Part shown: piece by piece, positions 55,201 to 56,518 of the stretch
How positions within the stretch are numbered: position 1 is the first letter of the stretch
Layout: each line of letters starts with the position of its first letter
Virus record (IMG/VR): IMGVR_UViG_3300045988_112927
Coordinates: 1 to 56,518 of that record
Reading direction: 5' to 3' (one strand)
Length of the DNA stretch: 56,518 nt
Source of the DNA: a virus
Translations under genes and position numbers: made by a program
Notes under the pieces: generated by a model
Told to the model about the DNA's origin: nothing
The model's input: the letters and a program-made list of their open reading frames with translations, nothing else
Databases searched by the model: none

Positions 55201-56518
55201 TACACTTTGAGAATAACTTATTGAACCCTTACCAGCATTTTCAAATTCTTTATTCAAACGGTCAACATTCTTGGTAGCGTTATTTGTAGCATTATCATAT
55301 GTATCAGTTTGATTTTTTAATTGAACTAAATTATTTCCTAAAGCATCTGCAGTTTCTATGGCAACACCAGTCTTCTTAGAAAAATTTTCAATTTGATTGC
55401 CCCAATTTAATTGTCTATTAACAGACAGTTCATCTAATTTCTGAGCAAATTGTTCAGCATCAATCTTACCTTCTTCAAAATCTTTTTGTAAAGATTGTAA
55501 TTGACTGGTTAAACTTTTACTTACTCCAGGAGTTTTAGATATTTTATCTAATTCCTTTTGAAATTCTTTAGAGCTCTGTTTTGAAATCTTTAAAGCTTTT
55601 TCATATCTACTTATTTCTGATTGAGCCGCCGCAAACGCATCTGCTTCTTGTTTTAATTTTTTTCTTGCGTCACCATAATTTGATTGCTTACCAGATTTTT
55701 TAGCTTCCAATAATGCTTGTTTTGATAATTCACTTGTTTCCTGTTGAATTGTATCTAATTTTTTAGCTTCTTCAACAGCTTGTTCTTGAAGAATTTGATG
55801 AGTATCCATCATGATTTGGCATCTCTTTAATTCTTCTTCTGACATCATTTGTGAATTTTCTAATAAACTTTGTTGTAATTGAGCAGTTTGTTGTATATTT
55901 TCACTTTGTTGTGAGCCTTCAGTTGTTCCAGTCCCAAAAGATAATTGTGCTGTTTCTTGCCAAGCTTGTTTTTTGGTTTTCATCTCCTCTTCATATGCGC
56001 TAGGTTTTAACATTTTAATGTTATGAGCCATATTCTCTAAACCTTTTGCAATCTGAACTTGGAATACTTTTGTGGCAATGGCAGATAAAGTTAATAATAC
56101 GCCTTTCACTCCTCCAAGACCGTCGACAAAAGCACCTACACCAGTTAAAAGTTTTTCAAATCCATTTAATAAATCTATGAAGAAATCATCATTTAATAAA
56201 CTTGAATAAATTTTTTCTGCAGCGGCTCTTACTCTATCTTGAGCTGCTTCCCAGCTTTCTGCGTAAATATCAGCTTGTTCTTGTAAAGCACCATCAGCAT
56301 TTTGTGCTGAAATAAGATTTTGTTGATAAAAATCCCAATTATCCATCAGAGCAACTAATTGAGTATATTGACGAACACCTGCTACAGTCTGCGCTAAAGC
56401 AACTTGTTGGTCTTTATTTAATGAACCCCATTTCGAACCCATATCATTTAAAATGGAATCCATATTTCTTAATTCTCCGTTTTGGTCTTTAATACTAATA
56501 CCAACGGCATCCAATGCT
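49222..56518 (-). CDS. tail tape measure protein (more than 2430 aa; N-terminus truncated at the window edge)
   Basis: The N-terminal conserved TMP region is [37 protein letters not shown]. The body is a very long coiled-coil. Internal hydrophobic segments are present ([23 protein letters not shown]). A (GS)n linker precedes a C-terminal domain. The reading frame is open to position 56518, and the track 'start' is a TTG. Confidence 0.8.
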   Translation of the reverse strand, partial: ALDAVGISIKDQNGELRNMDSILNDMGSKWGSLNKDQQVALAQTVAGVRQYTQLVALMDNWDFYQQNLISAQNADGALQEQADIYAESWEAAQDRVRAAAEKIYSSLLNDDFFIDLLNGFEKLLTGVGAFVDGLGGVKGVLLTLSAIATKVFQVQIAKGLENMAHNIKMLKPSAYEEEMKTKKQAWQETAQLSFGTGTTEGSQQSENIQQTAQLQQSLLENSQMMSEEELKRCQIMMDTHQILQEQAVEEAKKLDTIQQETSELSKQALLEAKKSGKQSNYGDARKKLKQEADAFAAAQSEISRYEKALKISKQSSKEFQKELDKISKTPGVSKSLTSQLQSLQKDFEEGKIDAEQFAQKLDELSVNRQLNWGNQIENFSKKTGVAIETADALGNNLVQLKNQTDTYDNATNNATKNVDRLNKEFENAGKGSISYSQSVVACAQTLSTMGMAISSVVGLFDTLSNPDVSGFEKVVAVMTTLGMVIPMVTTAFSKNNLAQMSSVTSSIAAALGFKGVTIAVTEEGVMTNAATGATIGFGAALYTVLWPIGLVIAAIGALVGLFALVSNSIVTNEEQLERANATLESTQNAYNDATTAVESFKQSLEDYKDGLKGLEELESGTEEMTNAVEEANKKARELIETYKLFGEYKLGDNGEIIINDDALQRIQGELSRREASTQMSYYGAQMHKDQAQLRVNADNVAKNTIGSYVVQTYDGAVAVQSTGKQVEELSNVIARITEESDGMQLDTEHLRQAIQDSDDSYGLSQTIVDNLGTFLNDETLPSLYGFCDSVKEAANASDYYAKQILNAVADAKYGTVASQLATDEDGKVNEQLANQITSAISAVVSDDNGENIQDWIKEQELKASNDVYKNVSTWDAGNVTENNIKDYISNISGGKFNEDWLKNNYQDIFEGTTQAYDGNINAQEMLRAYYESLGYNITSVKDKNGYTKLSGTDASRKPFNLDVDNEQAQTLWAQKIADYAIQQMADQMAESQLSEADAEKIFGSIIENGEQYGADWSQSFITGIAKGGEFDFSSLYSKLSESEVNAMNAMSGEDIAAMFGLTEQNLVDLGFESAEAFGASFKEGLNDWDISDYFDGVNAEYSKKAEDFGIDVDEFETYRKLLLETNECYKDNVDGLNEVALANKRMEKGVKSLCDKWDDYNDIMSDSDASLEDVSSILPEVNSAVQDILNLDTEDFSLLPTDFAQKHWDLINDVTNGVEGAVDELRDIAGQEILLNITGATDFSQLDADIASLNEYISNMDDKQFTVGVAIDENDKTGFFNSCQQMIDAAGMTAEQAQAYFKSMGYDVELEEATVDKESTYQYPNVKLDDNGMPVIGDPETVDIVTHNKVGGVALKTITPNGSYGGGIGVKTTAPKSSTAKKSGGGGSKKQDKKSFKAEEKDKKDINDETERYHEIKNELESITRELDKISKAKDRAFGKDKLKLMNQEAKALEKQIALQKQYLSEIEANLKKDSAALSKYGAQINENGNITNYDEMVSAKVAEYNAAYDAYINAKNAAVNAYNSSGKDEAADTAYDNAIEAADEAWEKAQERYSDFKDEISQYEDTVDLFEESQQTLIDMQNQLYDLALEKVQYVVELKVNVAEDSLEYINYLLDKMDDSAYDAAESIALLGQSVDQSMKKIKAYQDGLKGIFENHGLSESDIDKFLSGDEATIEKISQMSFTEDEIAAMRDYRSALLEENKTLIELRETVRAKVLSAFEELSSEFDKQTSKIEHLQSVTQSYQNIIDIVGQDYLGITDELMGALNQSTVDTAINKLSASKSKFDAMKDSRAKAQEELDKAQAQGLTDLAEYWQDTLDEMDEQISEAEEEFMSSWEDALQSAADAFEKTITSVVENFTDKMAGEAGSITKLQDQFDKQKEESERYLADYKQSYELAKLARDITKSIDDTDNIKAKQDYKELLEEIQDIEETGVELSEYDLQQLQKKYELKQAELALEEAKNIKSQVRMARDNEGNWGYVYTADEDKISTAIQAYENKSYEIQELADQHSKEMQESLISTVQAMADEIQNIQATYGTDEWYAEVERITAYYQEKFDYHSEQLNHALEDLGISFNDTALASLTGFTSMEDYQRALNDAIGNPTQKGTLLGDLDLAYQTWQINTERAMNEAGTSTDKFGQQVEQTVATVEEESQNAADAAEQMGETMVDTMDEIIDSVANWEENYSSAIDKMIAKNEALIESFNELLAKQSEVEGTGSSGSGSGSGSGSGSGSGSGSGSGSGSGSGSGSGSGSGSGSGDGNNGGKFISEPAHWDANGAGDKSHPPAATNGTFYLVDSAPGSKYPYGIAKKPGWSRYGWVSSFDTGGYTGSWGVEGRLAMLHQKEIVLNARDTENLLSAVEMIRDISNAIDLNALTASHGLNSLLSVSTIKDHDEVLQQEVTIHAEFPNVQNHNEIEEAFNNLVNAASQYAHRK
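49750..49881 (-). repeat. coding tandem repeat giving a (Gly-Ser)~22 linker in the tape-measure protein, with a 30-nt higher-order repeat
   Basis: The protein reads [10 protein letters not shown]...[12 protein letters not shown]. The DNA has GAACCACTTCCAGAACCACTACCTGAGCCT repeated in tandem. Confidence 0.8.

Overview
This window reads as a contiguous piece of a large tailed-phage (Caudoviricetes) genome with low GC content. The host appears to be an anaerobic, low-GC bacterium, because the phage carries class III anaerobic ribonucleotide reductase genes nrdD/nrdG and its intergenic signals match sigma70/SigA-type consensus.

Two modules converge on a perfect bidirectional terminator at about 11357-11402.

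(1) Plus strand, 1-11357: a replication and nucleotide-metabolism module.
- A Cys-rich protein with an acidic tail.
- A DnaE-type DNA polymerase III alpha with an N-terminal PHP domain.
- A free-standing GIY-YIG/NUMOD3 homing endonuclease cassette.
- A guanylate-kinase-like protein.
- NrdD with an ATP-cone and a glycyl-radical RVTGYL motif, and the radical-SAM activase NrdG.
- Three small translationally coupled unknowns.
- A trimeric-type dUTPase carrying an insertion.
- A RuvC-like resolvase.
- A single-TM membrane protein.

(2) Minus strand, 11404-56518: a long structural/morphogenesis operon read from high to low coordinates.
- A tape-measure protein of more than 2430 aa, truncated at the window edge. 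It carries a (Gly-Ser)~22 linker before a C-terminal domain.
- Several very large tail/baseplate proteins (1649, 906, 997 aa).
- At least four or five giant fibre-like proteins (1884, 310, 597, 2486, 2050 aa) that share a short N-terminal module.
- A protein with Ig-like domains.
- At the operon end, two small genes including a holin-like single-TM protein.

The most striking content is this multi-fibre array.
- The 2486-aa protein ends in Listeria-Bacteroides (Flg_new-type) repeats plus BspA-type leucine-rich repeats. That is an adhesin-like distal module.
- The 2050-aa fibre carries T4 gp37/lambda Stf-like GDTMTGAL repeats.
- A 171-aa protein in the early module carries the same N-terminal fibre module fused to an acidic domain.

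Regulatory elements I can support:
- Consensus TTGACT-17-TATAAT promoters upstream of the polymerase gene and of the terminal small-gene pair.
- A family of intra-operon rho-independent terminators that share an AATAGAAAAAG-stem context.
- A 14-bp perfect stem-loop between nrdD and nrdG.

I found no rRNA, tRNA, CRISPR array, integrase or transposase. No endolysin is recognisable in the window.

All domain calls rest on motif recognition by eye, not on database searches.
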